From an uncultured Actinomycetota bacterium (lineage in GTDB: Bacteria; Actinomycetota; Actinomycetes; Propionibacteriales; Nocardioidaceae), in assembly GCA_963830575.1 (NCBI GenBank), contig CAWHNR010000005.1, positions 22 through 64,021 on the forward strand: a DNA stretch of 64,000 nt. Reading direction: 5' to 3'. Position numbers and translations under genes: made by a program. Of the stretch, positions 11,283-22,504 are shown piece by piece. Every line of letters begins with the position of its first letter. The first letter of the stretch is position 1. The notes below the pieces were generated by a model. That model worked only from the letters and a program-made list of their open reading frames with translations. It ran no database searches and was not told where the DNA came from.

Positions 11283-11380
11283 GCGTGACTATCTCCCCAC
11301 CAGCGCCCGGACGCATGACCCGTCCGGGCCATTCGTCCCGAGATGGTGCGACGACACGCAGGCGGCCGCCTCGGCCGGAC

Positions 11381-12001
11381 CTACGCGGGCCGGGCCCAGA
11401 GGTCGGTCCACGCGTGGCCGAGGTCGGCGACCATGGTGCGCAGCAGCGGCAGGCTGACCCCGACGACGTTGTGGTGGTCGCCCTCGATGCCGGTGACGAA
11501 CGCCCCGCCCCGGCCGTCGACGGTGAAGGCGCCCGCCACGTGGAGCGGCTCGCCGGTCGCGACGTAGGCCTCGATCTCGGCGTCGGTGACGTCGGCGAAG
11601 TGGACGACGGTCGACGCCGTCGCCTCGACCGAGCGGCCGCTGGCGACGTCACGGAGGCAGTGGCCGGTCCGGAGGACGCCGGTGCGGCCGCGCATCGCGC
11701 GCCACCGACCGACCGCGTCCGCGGCGTCCACGGGCTTGCCGAGCGCCTGGCCGTCGAGCTCGAGCACCGAGTCGCAGCCGAGCACGAGGGTGGCGTCGGC
11801 CGGGAGGTCCGGCCCGTCGGCCACCGCCGCGCACTTGAGGGCGGCCAGCCCGACGGCGAGCTCGACGGGGGGCAGGCCGTCGAGCTGCGACTCGTCGACC
11901 CCCGAGACGATCACGTGCGGCTCGACCCCGGCGGAGCGCAGCGTGGCGAGGCGGGCGGGCGAGGCGGAGGCGAGGACGAGACGGGGCACGGGAGGGGGCA
12001 C
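11381..12001 (-). CDS. maf: Maf family nucleoside triphosphate pyrophosphatase
   Basis: LVLASASPARLATL, VLGCDSVL, GEPLHVAGAF, GDHHNVVGVSL. Confidence 0.93.
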   Translation of the reverse strand: MPPPVPRLVLASASPARLATLRSAGVEPHVIVSGVDESQLDGLPPVELAVGLAALKCAAVADGPDLPADATLVLGCDSVLELDGQALGKPVDAADAVGRWRAMRGRTGVLRTGHCLRDVASGRSVEATASTVVHFADVTDAEIEAYVATGEPLHVAGAFTVDGRGGAFVTGIEGDHHNVVGVSLPLLRTMVADLGHAWTDLWARPA

Positions 12002-12018
12002 GGGGCTAGTCTCGCGCC

Positions 12019-12639
12019 GTGGCGACCGAGACGACGAGGGTGGGCCTGATCGACGCGGCGACCCGCGCCTTCGCGGCCGACGGCGTGGCCACGGCCTCGC
12101 TCGTGGAGATCACCCGCCGTGCCGACCAGCGCAATCGCGGCGCTGTCCAGTACCACTTCGGCGGCCGCGACGGCCTGTTGGTGGCGGTGCTCGACCAGCA
12201 CGTCGAGTTCCTCGCCCGGCGCGAGGGCGAGCTGCTGCTGGCGGCGCGCAACCGGCCCGACGACGACGTCGCCTCGGTGGTCGGGGCGATCGTCCGGCCG
12301 GCGGTCGAGCTCGCCGAGACCGGGTGGCGTGGCCGGTGCTACCTGGTGATCCTGGGCGAGCTGGTCGAGCAGGACCCCGACGGCCAGAGCCCCGAGGTGG
12401 CGGCGGCGCTGGCGCGCACCGGCGGCTACGAGGTCTACGCGCTGCTCGCCGAGCGGATGCCCGCGATGGACCTCACCCTGCGCAACGAGCGGTTCGCGCT
12501 CATCACCCAGTTCGTGCTCGGCACCGTCGCGCGGCGGGCGCGGGCGGGCGAGGGGAGCCGGCCGCAGCTGCCCGTCGAGCGGTTCGTCGACCACGTCGTC
12601 GACCTCGCGACCGCCATGGCCTGCGCCCGGGTCCGTTGA
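12019..12639 (+). CDS. TetR family transcriptional regulator
   Basis: LIDAATRAFAADG...ITRRADQRNRGAVQYHFGGRDGLL HTH. Confidence 0.88.
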   Translation: MATETTRVGLIDAATRAFAADGVATASLVEITRRADQRNRGAVQYHFGGRDGLLVAVLDQHVEFLARREGELLLAARNRPDDDVASVVGAIVRPAVELAETGWRGRCYLVILGELVEQDPDGQSPEVAAALARTGGYEVYALLAERMPAMDLTLRNERFALITQFVLGTVARRARAGEGSRPQLPVERFVDHVVDLATAMACARVR

Positions 12640-12838
12640 CGTTTGCTACGCGCTCCGCATCACGGCAGGGGTACCTGCAGGGGTGCGTCCGTGCCGGCGG
12701 TCAGGGTGGTCGGGTGCGGCGAGCCGTGCTCGCGTGGTGCCGATCGGCACGGCTCACGCCAGGGTCGAACCCGTGGGTCACCTGATGACACGCACGTCGG
12801 AGTCGACGAGCTGGTGGCGGCGCACGTCCGGCTGCGGA

Positions 12839-12897
12839 GGTCTCGAGGCTCAGCCCTCGTGCCTCGCGCTTCGCACCTCGACCAGCGTGGGTTGGCG
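12839..12897 (-). repeat. REP-like palindrome, long-stem variant, with flank CGCCAACCCACGCT
   Basis: Minus strand reads GGTCGAGGTG...AGCCTCGAGACC; flank matches 22199-22214. Confidence 0.6.
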
Positions 12898-12902
12898 TCC
12901 CG

Positions 12903-13124
12903 TCAGCGGGGGAGGGCGCTGGCGCGCCAGCCGCCGGGCCCGTGCGGCGGGGTGTGGCGCACCATCCGGTGCGGGGCGTTCCACTCCGGACGCCGGCGCG
13001 GGGCCGGGGTGTCGCCGCCGCCGAGGCCGGCGAGGACGGCGACGATCGCGGCGACCTCCTCGGGCGTCGCGTCGGGGTTGACGATGCGCAGGGTCGGCGG
13101 CGCCTGCTCCGGGGTGTCGGTCAC
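12903..13124 (-). CDS. accE: Acyl-CoA carboxylase epsilon subunit
   Basis: GTG overlaps the accD stop (GTGA); [20 protein letters not shown] and GPGGWRAS. Confidence 0.85.
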   Translation of the reverse strand: MTDTPEQAPPTLRIVNPDATPEEVAAIVAVLAGLGGGDTPAPRRRPEWNAPHRMVRHTPPHGPGGWRASALPR

Positions 13125-14750
13125 AGCGGGATGTTCCCGTGCTTCTTGGCGGGCAGCGTCGCGCGCTTCGTGCGGAGCAGGCGGAGCGCTCGGACGATCT
13201 CGACGCGGGTCTCGTGCGGGGAGATGACGGCGTCGATGTACCCGCGCTCGGCCGCGATGTAGGGGTTGGCGAGGGTGGTCTCGTACTCGTCGATCAGCTC
13301 GGCGCGCTTGGCCTCGACGTCGCCGCCGTCCTTCTCGACCTTGGCGAGGGTCTTGCGGTGCACGATGTTGGCCGCGCCCGAGGCGCCCATGACGGCGATC
13401 TGTGCGGTGGGCCAGGCCACGTTGATGTCGGCGCCGAGGTGCTTGGAGCCCATGACGTCGTAGGCGCCGCCGTAGGCCTTGCGGGTGATGACCGTGACGA
13501 GCGGGACCGTGGCCTCGGAGTAGGCGTAGATCAGCTTGGCGCCGCGGCGGATGATGCCCTGCCACTCCTGGTCGGTGCCGGGGAGGAAGCCGGGGACGTC
13601 GACGAAGGTCAGCACCGGGATGTTGAAGCAGTCGCAGAAGCGGACGAACCGGGCGGCCTTCTCCGAGGCGTCGATGTCGAGGGTGCCGGCGAACTGCATG
13701 GGCTGGTTGGCCACGACGCCGACCGAGCGGCCCTCGACGCGGCCGAAGCCGACGATCAGGTTGGGGGCGAACAGCTCCTGGACCTCGAGGAACTCCTCGT
13801 CGTCGAGCACGGCCGTGATGACGTCGTGCATGTCGTAGGGCTGGTTCGGCGAGTCCGGGATCAGCGTGTCGAGCGTCCGGTCGAGGTCGGTGGTCTCGGT
13901 GATCGGCGTCGTCGTCGAACCGCGGGCCCTCGTCGAGGTTGTTCTGCGGCAGGTAGGAGAGCAGCGCCTTCACGTACTCGAGCGCGTCGTCCTCGTCGGA
14001 GCCCATGTAGTGGGCGTTGCCCGACTTGGTGTTGTGGGTGCGCGCGCCGCCGAGGTCCTCCATCGTGACGTCCTCGCCGGTGACGGTCTTGATCACGTCG
14101 GGCCCGGTGATGAACATCGCGGAGGTCTGGTCGACCATCACGGTGAAGTCGGTGACGGCAGGGGAGTAGACGTGGCCACCGGCGCAGTTGCCCATGATCA
14201 TCGAGATCTGCGGGATGACGCCCGAGGCGTGCACGTTGCGGCGGAAGATCTCGCCGTACAGGCCGAGCGAGACGACGCCCTCCTGGATGCGCGCGCCCGC
14301 GCCCTCGTTGATGCCGATGATCGGGCAGCCGGTCTTGATGGCGAGGTCCATGACCTTGACGATCTTCTCGCCGTAGACCTCGCCGAGGGAGCCGCCGAAG
14401 ACGGTGAAGTCCTGGCTGAACACGCAGACCTGGCGGCCGTCGATGGTGCCGTAGCCGGTGACCACGCCGTCGCCGTAGGGGCGGGTCTTCTCCAGGCCGA
14501 ACGCGGTGGAGCGGTGGCGTGCCAGCTCGTCGAGCTCGACGAAGGAGCCCTCGTCGAAGAGGATCTCGATGCGCTCGCGGGCGGTCTTGCGGCCCTTCGC
14601 GTGCTGCTTCTCGATCGCCTTCTCCGACCCGGCGTGCACGGCCTCGTCGAGGCGTCGCTCCAGGTCGGCGAGCTTGCCGGCGGTGGTGTGGATGTCGAGC
14701 CCCGACTCGGTCGGGGGGACGTCGGTGCCTTCTCCGGGCTGCGCGCTCAC
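13121..14750 (-). CDS. accD5: Acyl-CoA (propionyl-CoA) carboxylase beta subunit
   Basis: [58 protein letters not shown]; one frameshift near 13900. Confidence 0.93.
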
Positions 14751-14818
14751 GGTTCTCCTGAATCTCCTGGACCACGCACGGGTTTGCGTAGCCCGATCAG
14801 TAGGAGAGGCTAGACCCC

Positions 14819-15633
14819 GTGACCCCCGACGCAGCCGAGCGCCCACCCCTCGACAAGGACCGGCTCACCAGCGCCTACCCGGAGCTGGTCCCCGACCTCG
14901 TCGTCGAGGTGCTCGACGAGGCCGCCTCGACCAACGCGGTCGCCGCCCGGCGGGCGCAGGAGGGGGCGCGCGACGGCCTCGTCGTCGTCGCCGACCACCA
15001 GAGCGCCGGCCGCGGCCGCCTCGACCGCACCTGGGAGACGCCGCCCGGCACCGCCGTCACGTTCTCGATGCTGCTGCGGCCGACCGGCCCGGCGCGGTCG
15101 TGGCCCTGGCTGCCGCTGCTCACCGGGCTACGCCGTCGACAAGGCGCTCAAGGCCACCGGCCTCGACGCCGGCGTGAAGTGGCCGAACGACGTCCTGGTC
15201 GGGCGACCTGAAGGTCGCGGGCATCCTCGTCGAGCGCATCGACACCCCGGCCGGCCCCGCCGCCGTCGTCGGGGTCGGCATCAACGTCGGCCAGACCGCC
15301 GACCAGCTGCCCGTGCCGACCGCGACGTCGCTCGAGCTGGCCCTCGGGCGTCCCGTCGACCGCACCGAGGTGCTGGTCACCGTCCTCAACGCCGTCCGCG
15401 AGGCGGTCGACGCCTGGCAGCTCGGCGGCGAGCAGGGCGGGGCGCGGCTCGCCGAGTCCTACGCGGCCGCCTGCGTGACGGTCGGCCGCGACGTCCGGGT
15501 CGACCTGCCCGACGGCTCGGTGCTCGAGGGGCGCGCCACCGGGGTCGACCCCGAGGGCCGGCTGCTCGTCGAGGCCGGCGGCGAGACGCACGCCGTGGCC
15601 GCCGGCGACGTGGTCCACGTGCGAACCGCCTGA
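14819..15633 (+). CDS. birA: Biotin--protein ligase
   Basis: [36 protein letters not shown]; frameshifted. Confidence 0.92.
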
Positions 15634-15688
15634 CGAAAGGCCCAGGCGAGTCATGCGCGGCGCGCGCTGAAAGTGGGATAGTCCCTCC

Positions 15689-16200
15689 GTGGTCATCTCC
15701 CAGAAGCTGCTCAACCCCGGCGAAGAAATCATCGTCAGCACCCGCACGCACGCCAAGGCGCTGCTGCTGCCGCTGCTGACGCTGGTCGTGCTGCTGGCGG
15801 TCGGGGTCGCCGGCGCAGGTCTACATCGACAACGACACCGCGACGTCGCTGGTGATCTGGGCGGTGGTCGCGGTGCTGGTCCTGTGGCGGGTCGTGTGGC
15901 CCATCCTCGACTGGCTGCTGGCGTCGTACACGATCACCAACCGGCGGCTGATCACGCGCCACGGCATCCTGACCCGCGCGGGCCACGACATCCCGCTCGG
16001 CCGGATCAGCGACGTCGCCTACGAGCGCGACCTGATCGACCGGATGCTCGGCTGCGGCACGCTGGTCATCAGCGACGCCAGCACCAACGGCCAGGTGCTC
16101 ATCTACGACATCCCGCGCGTCGAGGAGACCCAGCGCGACCTCAACCAGCTGCTGCACCAGCTGCACGGTGGCGAGACCCGCCAGCGCGGAGGGGCACTGA
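15689..16200 (+). CDS. Bacterial PH-domain (bPH_2) membrane protein
   Basis: LLNPGEEII..TRTHAK, YTITNRRLITRHGIL, DRMLGCGTLVI; usual neighbour of birA. Confidence 0.8.
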
Positions 16201-17220
16201 TCACCGACGACCCCGCCGGGGGCCGGCGCGAGGCAGGCGACGAGGCCTGGGGCGACCCCGACCGGGATCGTCGAGGCGATCCTGCGCGAGGACCCCGTCT
16301 TACTCCGCCTCGCAGGTGGCGCGCGAGACGCGGGCATCACGCTGGGCGAGGCGCGCCGGCTGTGGCGCGCGCTCGGCTTCCCGGAGGCCGAGGGGGCGGC
16401 GGTCTACACCGCGTCCGACGTCGAGGCGATCCACACGCTGATCGCCTCGGTCGAGTCGGGCCTGCTCGACTTCGACCTGCGCCATGACGATCACCCGGGC
16501 GCTGGGCCAGACGATGGCCCGGCTGGCCGACTGGGAGGTCGCGCGCGCTGGTGCACCGCGTCGAGGAGCTGCAGGGCGACGAGCGCGAGCCGGGCGACCG
16601 GACGGCGACCGCGATGCGGATGCTCGACGACCTCGGCGACGGCTTCGAGGACGTGATGATCTACGCCTGGCGCCGCCACCTCGCCGCCGCCGTGTCGCGC
16701 ATCGTGGCGCTCGGCGAGGCCGACGACCTGCACACCACGCAGCTGACCGTCGGGTTCGCCGACATCGTCAGCTTCACCGCGCTGAGCAACGAGATCTCCC
16801 GCGAGCGCATCGGCGACCTGGTCGAGCTGTTCGAGTCGCGCTGCGCCGACGTCGTCGCCGCCCAGCGCGGCCGCGTCATCAAGAGCATCGGCGACTCGGT
16901 GCTCTTCGTGAACGACGACCCCATCCGCGCCTACGACACCGCCGAGGGCATCATCACCGTGATCGGCCGCGACAGCCGGATGCCCGACGTGCGCCTCGGC
17001 CTGGCCAGCGGGTGCCGTCGTCATGCGGCTGGGCGACGTCTTCGGCCCGCCGGTCAACCTGGCCGCCCGGCTGACCGCCGTCGCCCGCCGCAACCGGATC
17101 ATCATCGACGCCGCCACCGCCGCGCTGCTGCCCGCCGACCAGTTCGAGACCCGCCGGCTGCCCGAGCGGCCGGTGCGCGGCTTCGGCCTGGTCGAGCCGG
17201 TCGCCGTGCGGCGGCACTGA
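16197..17220 (+). CDS. Class III adenylate/guanylate cyclase with N-terminal regulatory domain (frameshifted; start approximate)
   Basis: LWRALGF, LTVGFADIVSFTALS, VIKSIGDSVLF, GDVFGPPVNLAARL. Confidence 0.87.
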
Positions 17221-17307
17221 CGTCGGCGCTCGCGCGACCGGTCTAGAACACCTGCGGCAATTTCGCCCGATACGGGTGCGGTCGACGGGCCTTCCTACGT
17301 TGAGGCT

Positions 17308-17628
17308 GTGCACGAGGTGCAGGGGGTCCGCGTCGATCCCGTCGACCGCCGGGTCTGGGTCGACGGGGACGAGGTCGCGTTCTCGCGCAAGGAGTTCGAC
17401 CTGCTGCACGCCCTGATCTCGCGCGCCGGCGAGGTCGTGTCGCGCGAGGACCTGATGCGCGAGGTGTGGCACACGACGTTCTGGACGTCGTCGAAGACCA
17501 TCGACGTGCACCTCGGGCTGGATCCGCCGCAAGCTCAACGACGACAGCCGCGCGCCCGCAGGCTGATCACGACCCTGCGCGGCCGGGGGCTGCGCTTCGA
17601 GACCGAGGCGCCCGGTCGAGACGGCTGA
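17308..17628 (+). CDS. Stand-alone OmpR-type winged-helix (Trans_reg_C) protein
   Basis: SRKEFDLLHALISRAGEVVSREDLMREVW...KTIDVHL...ITTLRGRGLRF; no receiver domain. Confidence 0.78.
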   Translation: MHEVQGVRVDPVDRRVWVDGDEVAFSRKEFDLLHALISRAGEVVSREDLMREVWHTTFWTSSKTIDVHLGLDPPQAQRRQPRARRLITTLRGRGLRFETEAPGRDG

Positions 17629-17659
17629 GCCCGTCCGGACCTGTCCACTAGCCTCGTCC

Positions 17660-18822
17660 GTGTCTCAGCCCCGCTCGTCGCGGTCATCGGAGGCGGGCAG
17701 CTCGCGCGGATGATGGCCGAGCCGGCCGCCGCGCTCGGCATCCCGCTGCGCCTGCTCGCCGAGGCCGAGGGCGTCTCGGCCGCCCAGGTCATCGTCGACC
17801 AGCTCGTCGGTGACCACACCGACCTCGCCGACCTGCGCGCGGTGACCGCCGGCGCCGCGCGTGGTGACCTTCGACCACGAGCACGTGCCGACCGAGCACC
17901 TGCGCGCCCTGGACGCCGACGGCGTCGCCGTGCGCCCCGGGCCCGACGCGCTCGTGCACGCCCAGGACAAGGGCGTGATGCGCGAGCGGCTCGCCGAGCT
18001 CGGCGTGCCGTGCCCGCGCAACGCGATCGTCGCCTCGCGTCGCCGACGTCGAGGCCTTCGGCCTGCCGTGCGTGCTCAAGACCACCCGCGGCGGCTACGA
18101 CGGCAAGGGCGTCTGGGTCGTGCGCGCTCGGCCGACGACGTCGCCGAGCCGCTGCGCGTCGCCGCCGAGAACGGCGTCGGCCTGCTGGCCGAGGAGCTCG
18201 TCGACTTCCGTCGCGAGCTGTCGGCCCTGGTCGCGCGCTCGCCGAGCGGCCAGGCGGCCGCCTACCCCGTGGTCGCGTCGACGCAGGTCGACGGCGTCTG
18301 CGCCGAGGTCGTCGCCCCGGCCCCCGACCTCGACCCCGACCTGGCGACCCAGCGCCCAGCAGCTCGCGCTGACGATCGCCGGCGAGCTCGACGTGACCGG
18401 CGTGCTGGCCGTCGAGCTGTTCGAGACCGACGACGGCCGGATCCTGGTCAACGAGCTGGCGATGCGGCCGCACAACACCGGCCACTGGACCCAGGACGGC
18501 GCGGTCACCTCGCAGTTCGAGAACCACCTGCGCGCGGTGCTCGACCTGCCGCTCGGCTCGCCGGCGGCCGCGGGCGACGTGGACGGTGATGGTCAACATC
18601 CTCGGCGGCCCCGACGGCCAGGTCGGCCGGCTCTACGACGGCTACCCGCACGCGATGGCCCGCGACCCGCACCTGCGGGTGCACCTGTACGGCAAGGACC
18701 TGCGGCCCGGGCGCAAGGTCGGCCACGTCAACGCCTACGGCGACGACCTCGACGACTGCCTCGAGCGCGCGCGGCACGCCGCCGCGTGGTTCCGTGGCGA
18801 CCTCGGCAACGAGAGCGAGTGA
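17660..18822 (+). CDS. purK: N5-carboxyaminoimidazole ribonucleotide synthase
   Basis: VIGGGQLARMM, VTFDHEHVP, GGYDGKG, VNELAMRPHNTGHWT, RPGRKVGHVN. Confidence 0.94.
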
Positions 18823-18823
18823 C

Positions 18824-19356
18824 ATGAGCGCGACAGCGAGCGGGGCCCGGGTCGGCATCGTCATGGGCAGTCCGACTCCGACTGGCCGGTGATGAAGCAG
18901 GCCGCGGCAGCGCTCGAGGAGTTCGGCGTCGCCTCACGAGGCCGACGTCGTCTCGGCGCACCGGATGCCCGAGGAGATGCTCGCCTACGGCAAGGAGGCG
19001 GCCGGCCGCGGGCTGTCGGTGATCATCGCCGGCGCCGGCGGAGCCGCCCACCTGCCGGGCATGCTCGCCGCCGTCACGCCGCTGCCCGTGATCGGCGTGC
19101 CGGTGCCGCTCAAGACCCTCGACGGCATGGACTCGCTGCTCTCGATCGTGCAGATGCCCGCCGGCGTCCCGGTGGCCACGGTCGCCATCGACGGGGCGCG
19201 CAACGCCGGCCTGCTCGCCGTCCGCATCCTGGCGGCGTCCGACCCCGACCTGCAGCGAGCGGATCACGGCCTTCCAGGCCGAGCTGAAGAAGTGCTGCCC
19301 AGGAGAAGGGTGCCGCCGTGCGCGGCGAGAGCGGTGCCCGGCGCCTCGGCTTCTAG
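18824..19356 (+). CDS. purE: N5-CAIR mutase
   Basis: [44 protein letters not shown]. Confidence 0.94.
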
Positions 19357-20474
19357 CCGCCGGCACGCCTACGTCGGCCTCGACGTCGCGCGGTGCCTGG
19401 CGCTGCTCGGCATGATGGCGACGCACGTGCTCGCCTCCCGCACAGCCGACGGCGACCTCGCCACGCTGCACTGGCTCGCCGGCGGACGCGCCTCGGCGCT
19501 GTTCGCGGTGCTGGCCGGGGTCTCGATGGCGCTCGTCTCCGGCGGCCGTACGCCGGTCTCCGGCAGCGCCCGGGTGCGGGCCTCGGTCGCGCTCGCCGTG
19601 CGCGCGGCGCTGGTCGGCGCGATCGGCCTGTTCCTCGGCGCGCTCGACACCGGCATCGCGGTGATCCTCACCTACTACGCCGTGCTGTTCGTGCTGGGGC
19701 TGGCCTTCCTCGGGCTGCGCGCGCCGGCAGCTGCTTCGTGCTCGCCGCGGGCTGGGCGGTGGTGGCACCGGTGGTGAGCTCGTCCTGCGTGCCGCACCTG
19801 CCGCGAGCGCCAGTTCGACAGCCCGCACGCTCGACCAGCTCGCCGAGCCCGGGCGCCTGGTCTCCGAGCTGCTCCTCACCGGCTACTACCCGGCGATCCC
19901 GTGGCTGACCTACCTGCTGCTCGGGCTGGCGATCGGCCGGCTCGACCTGCGCTCGCGCCGGGTCGGCCGCGCGGCTGGCCGCTCGGGGGCGTGGTCGTCG
20001 CGGTCGCGCGCGACCCTGCTCTCCCGGGCGCTGACCGCGAGCCGGTTCAGAGCGGCGAGCTCGAGGCCATGGCCACCGGCATCTACGGCCAGACCCCGAG
20101 CCGACGACGGCTGGCGCTGGCTGCTCGTCGTGCTGCCCGCACTCGACGACGCCGTTCGACCTCGTGCAGACCGCCGGCAGCGCCGCCCTGGTCATCGGCG
20201 CGTGCCTGCTGCTCGTCGGGTGGGTCGACGACGTCAGCGCCCACGGCGAGCGGTTCGTGCAGGTGCTCTTCGGTGCCGGCGCGATGACGCTGTCGCTCTA
20301 CACCTTGCACGTGCTGATGCGGACCGAGCTGGTGCCGCCCGCGAGGAGCCGTCGACGTACGTCGGTCCACGTGGTGGTGGTGCTCGCCGTCGGCGCGTGT
20401 TCGCCGCGCTGGGCCGCCGCGGCCCGCTCGAGGAGCTGGTCGGCGTCCTGCCCCGCGCGATCCGCGGCCGGTAG
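19357..20474 (+). CDS. Multi-pass membrane protein, heparan-alpha-glucosaminide N-acetyltransferase / DUF418-like (frameshifted; start approximate)
   Basis: [59 protein letters not shown]. Confidence 0.72.
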
Positions 20475-20478
20475 CGCG

Positions 20479-20658
20479 GTGGTGGTGGTCGAGGAGGTCG
20501 CGCTAGCGACGTGGTCGTCGAGGAGGTAGCGCGCGACGTGGTGGTCGAGGAGGTCGCGCTAGCGACCGTCTCGAGACCCCCGCAGCCCGGCGCACAGTGG
20601 TCGAGCCCGCGCGCGACGTGGTGGTCGAGGAGGTCGCGCTAGCGACCGTCTCGAGACC
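20479..20658 (+). repeat. Cluster of REP-like palindromes (full copies 20543-20578 and 20623-20658, plus three truncated)
   Basis: GGTCGAGGAGGTCGCGCTAGCGACCGTCTCGAGACC twice with an 80-bp period. Confidence 0.9.
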
Positions 20659-20762
20659 CCCGCAGCACCACGGCCACCCACCAAACCAAGAACCGCCACC
20701 ACCCAGGTGGCCACCAAAGTTCTCCACAACCCCTACCGTTGAGCGGGAAAGTCCCCCGGAAC

Positions 20763-20784
20763 TGTCAGTGGCAACGGCTTCAAT
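20763..20784 (+). promoter_or_regulatory. RecA-NDp/PafBC-like DNA-damage promoter
   Basis: TGTCAG-N10-TTCAAT versus consensus TGTC(G/A)G-N10-TANNNT; 6 nt before ATG 20791. Confidence 0.55.
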
Positions 20785-20790
20785 GGACCC

Positions 20791-22116
20791 ATGGCCACCA
20801 CCACCGACGAGCAGACCGAGCACCCCGTGCTCGCGCTCGCCCACAAGGTGAAACAGGCCCTCGCCGCCCACACCGAGACCCGCCTGTGGTCCATGACCGA
20901 TGACGAGACCGTCGACCTCATCAAGACCGCCGCCGCGATCGCCGCCCAGGTCGCCGAGCTCGAGTCCCGCACCATCGCCCACGCGGAGACCCTCGAGCTC
21001 CCCTCCAAAGCCGGGCACGCCGGGAAACGCGGCACCACCAGGTGGCTCGCCCGCACCACCCACGTCACCGGGCCGGTCGCCTCAGGCAAGGTCAAGCTCG
21101 CCCGCAGCACTACAGAGGCAGAACAAACCCGTTCCGCCCTGGCCCGTGGTGAGGTCCACCTCGAGCAAGCCACCGCGATCACCGCGATGCTGGGCACGTT
21201 GAAGAAGGCCGAGGCCGACACCGACCTCGTCCTGGACCCGGCCGACCTGGACTGGGCCGAGAAGTTCCTCCTTGCCGAGGCCGCCGACCACGACGCGAAC
21301 CACCTCACCACGCTGACCCAGCACCTCATCGAGAAGCTCGACCCCGCCGGCGCCGAGGCCCACGAAGCGAAGTTGCTCGAAGCGCAGGAGAAACGGGCCC
21401 ACGCAGCCGCGTCGTTGCGGGGGCGGCGGATCGGGGACGGGATGGTCCGCTTCTCCGGGGTCATCGGCCAAGCCCACTGGGACATGCTGAAGAAACCCCT
21501 CCACGGGCTGGCAGCACCCAAGCACGTCCGGGCGATGAACGGCGCCGGGTCCTACGACGCCCAGACGCCCTCCGCCCACAAGCTGGGGGTGGCGTTCACC
21601 GAGTACATCGAACGGTTCCCCGCCGACAAGCTCCCCACCCTCGGCGGCCTGTCCTCGACCGTGGTCGCGGTCGGGGACTACGAGATCCTCCTCGGCAAGG
21701 TCAAGGCCGCGAAGCTCGACACCGGGACCAAGATCTCCCACACCATGTTCATCCGACTCGCCGCCGCCAACGGTCTGATCCCCACCTGGATGGACACCAC
21801 CACCGGGAAGCCGCGGGTGCTGGCCCTGGGGCGGAAGAAGCGGCTCCACACCCCCGACCAACGCCTCGCCAAGACCGTCGAAGCCATCGAGGACCCCGAC
21901 AACCCCGGCGGCCCCACGTGTGAGACAACCGGCTGCACCGTCCCGGCCTACCTCTGCCACCTGCACCACCAGATTCCCTGGGCCGACGGCGGACTCACCG
22001 ACCTCGACCACGCCGAGTTCCGCTGCCCCTACGACCACCACCAGATCCACAACCGCGCCCGCAACAACGGCCACTGCACCGTCCCCGGCCGCGACACCGA
22101 CGACGACCCACCATGA
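20791..22116 (+). CDS. DUF222 + HNH endonuclease-signature protein (13E12-repeat family)
   Basis: Intact 441-aa ORF; ALARGEVHLEQA, LALGRKKRLHTPDQR, CETTGC..P...CHLHHQIPWADGGLTDL....RCPYDHHQIH. Confidence 0.88.
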   Translation: MATTTDEQTEHPVLALAHKVKQALAAHTETRLWSMTDDETVDLIKTAAAIAAQVAELESRTIAHAETLELPSKAGHAGKRGTTRWLARTTHVTGPVASGKVKLARSTTEAEQTRSALARGEVHLEQATAITAMLGTLKKAEADTDLVLDPADLDWAEKFLLAEAADHDANHLTTLTQHLIEKLDPAGAEAHEAKLLEAQEKRAHAAASLRGRRIGDGMVRFSGVIGQAHWDMLKKPLHGLAAPKHVRAMNGAGSYDAQTPSAHKLGVAFTEYIERFPADKLPTLGGLSSTVVAVGDYEILLGKVKAAKLDTGTKISHTMFIRLAAANGLIPTWMDTTTGKPRVLALGRKKRLHTPDQRLAKTVEAIEDPDNPGGPTCETTGCTVPAYLCHLHHQIPWADGGLTDLDHAEFRCPYDHHQIHNRARNNGHCTVPGRDTDDDPP

Positions 22117-22149
22117 CGAAGTGCTCGATCATGCCGATGACGCCGTGGT

Positions 22150-22256
22150 GGTCGAGGAGGTTCCGCTAGGAACCGTCACGAGACCTCTGAGCGTCAATCG
22201 CCAACCCACGCTGGGCCCGTGGTCTCGTGACGGTCGCCAGCGCGACCTCCTCGACC
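22150..22256. repeat. Inverted pair of REP-like palindromes (22150-22185 +, 22221-22256 -)
   Basis: GGTCGAGGAG-GTTCC-GCTA-GGAAC-CGTCACGAGACC and a reverse copy with stem GTCGC/GCGAC. Confidence 0.88.
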
Positions 22257-22504
22257 CTCATGAGCTCCGCTCGCTCAGGCCGCCAGGAGGGCGGTCGTGC
22301 CGACGTGCGAGCGCTTCGCGTGTTCCCAGATGAAGGTCGACAGCATGGCGGCGTTGAGACGGGTCACATCAGGCGGGCGTGGGTCGCGGACCGATGAGTC
22401 TGCTGCCCAACACAGGTCGTAGCCGTCGTGAGGAGTCAGCGAGGTGGGCACGACCACTGCTGCGCGCAGCGTCGCGGGCGACACGATGCAGCGGGTGGGG
22501 GCAG

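Noticed and set aside
20479-20658. CRISPR-like array next to an HNH nuclease
   Set aside because: Irregular spacing, truncated units and no unique spacers; the same unit is dispersed and inverted elsewhere, which is REP behaviour.
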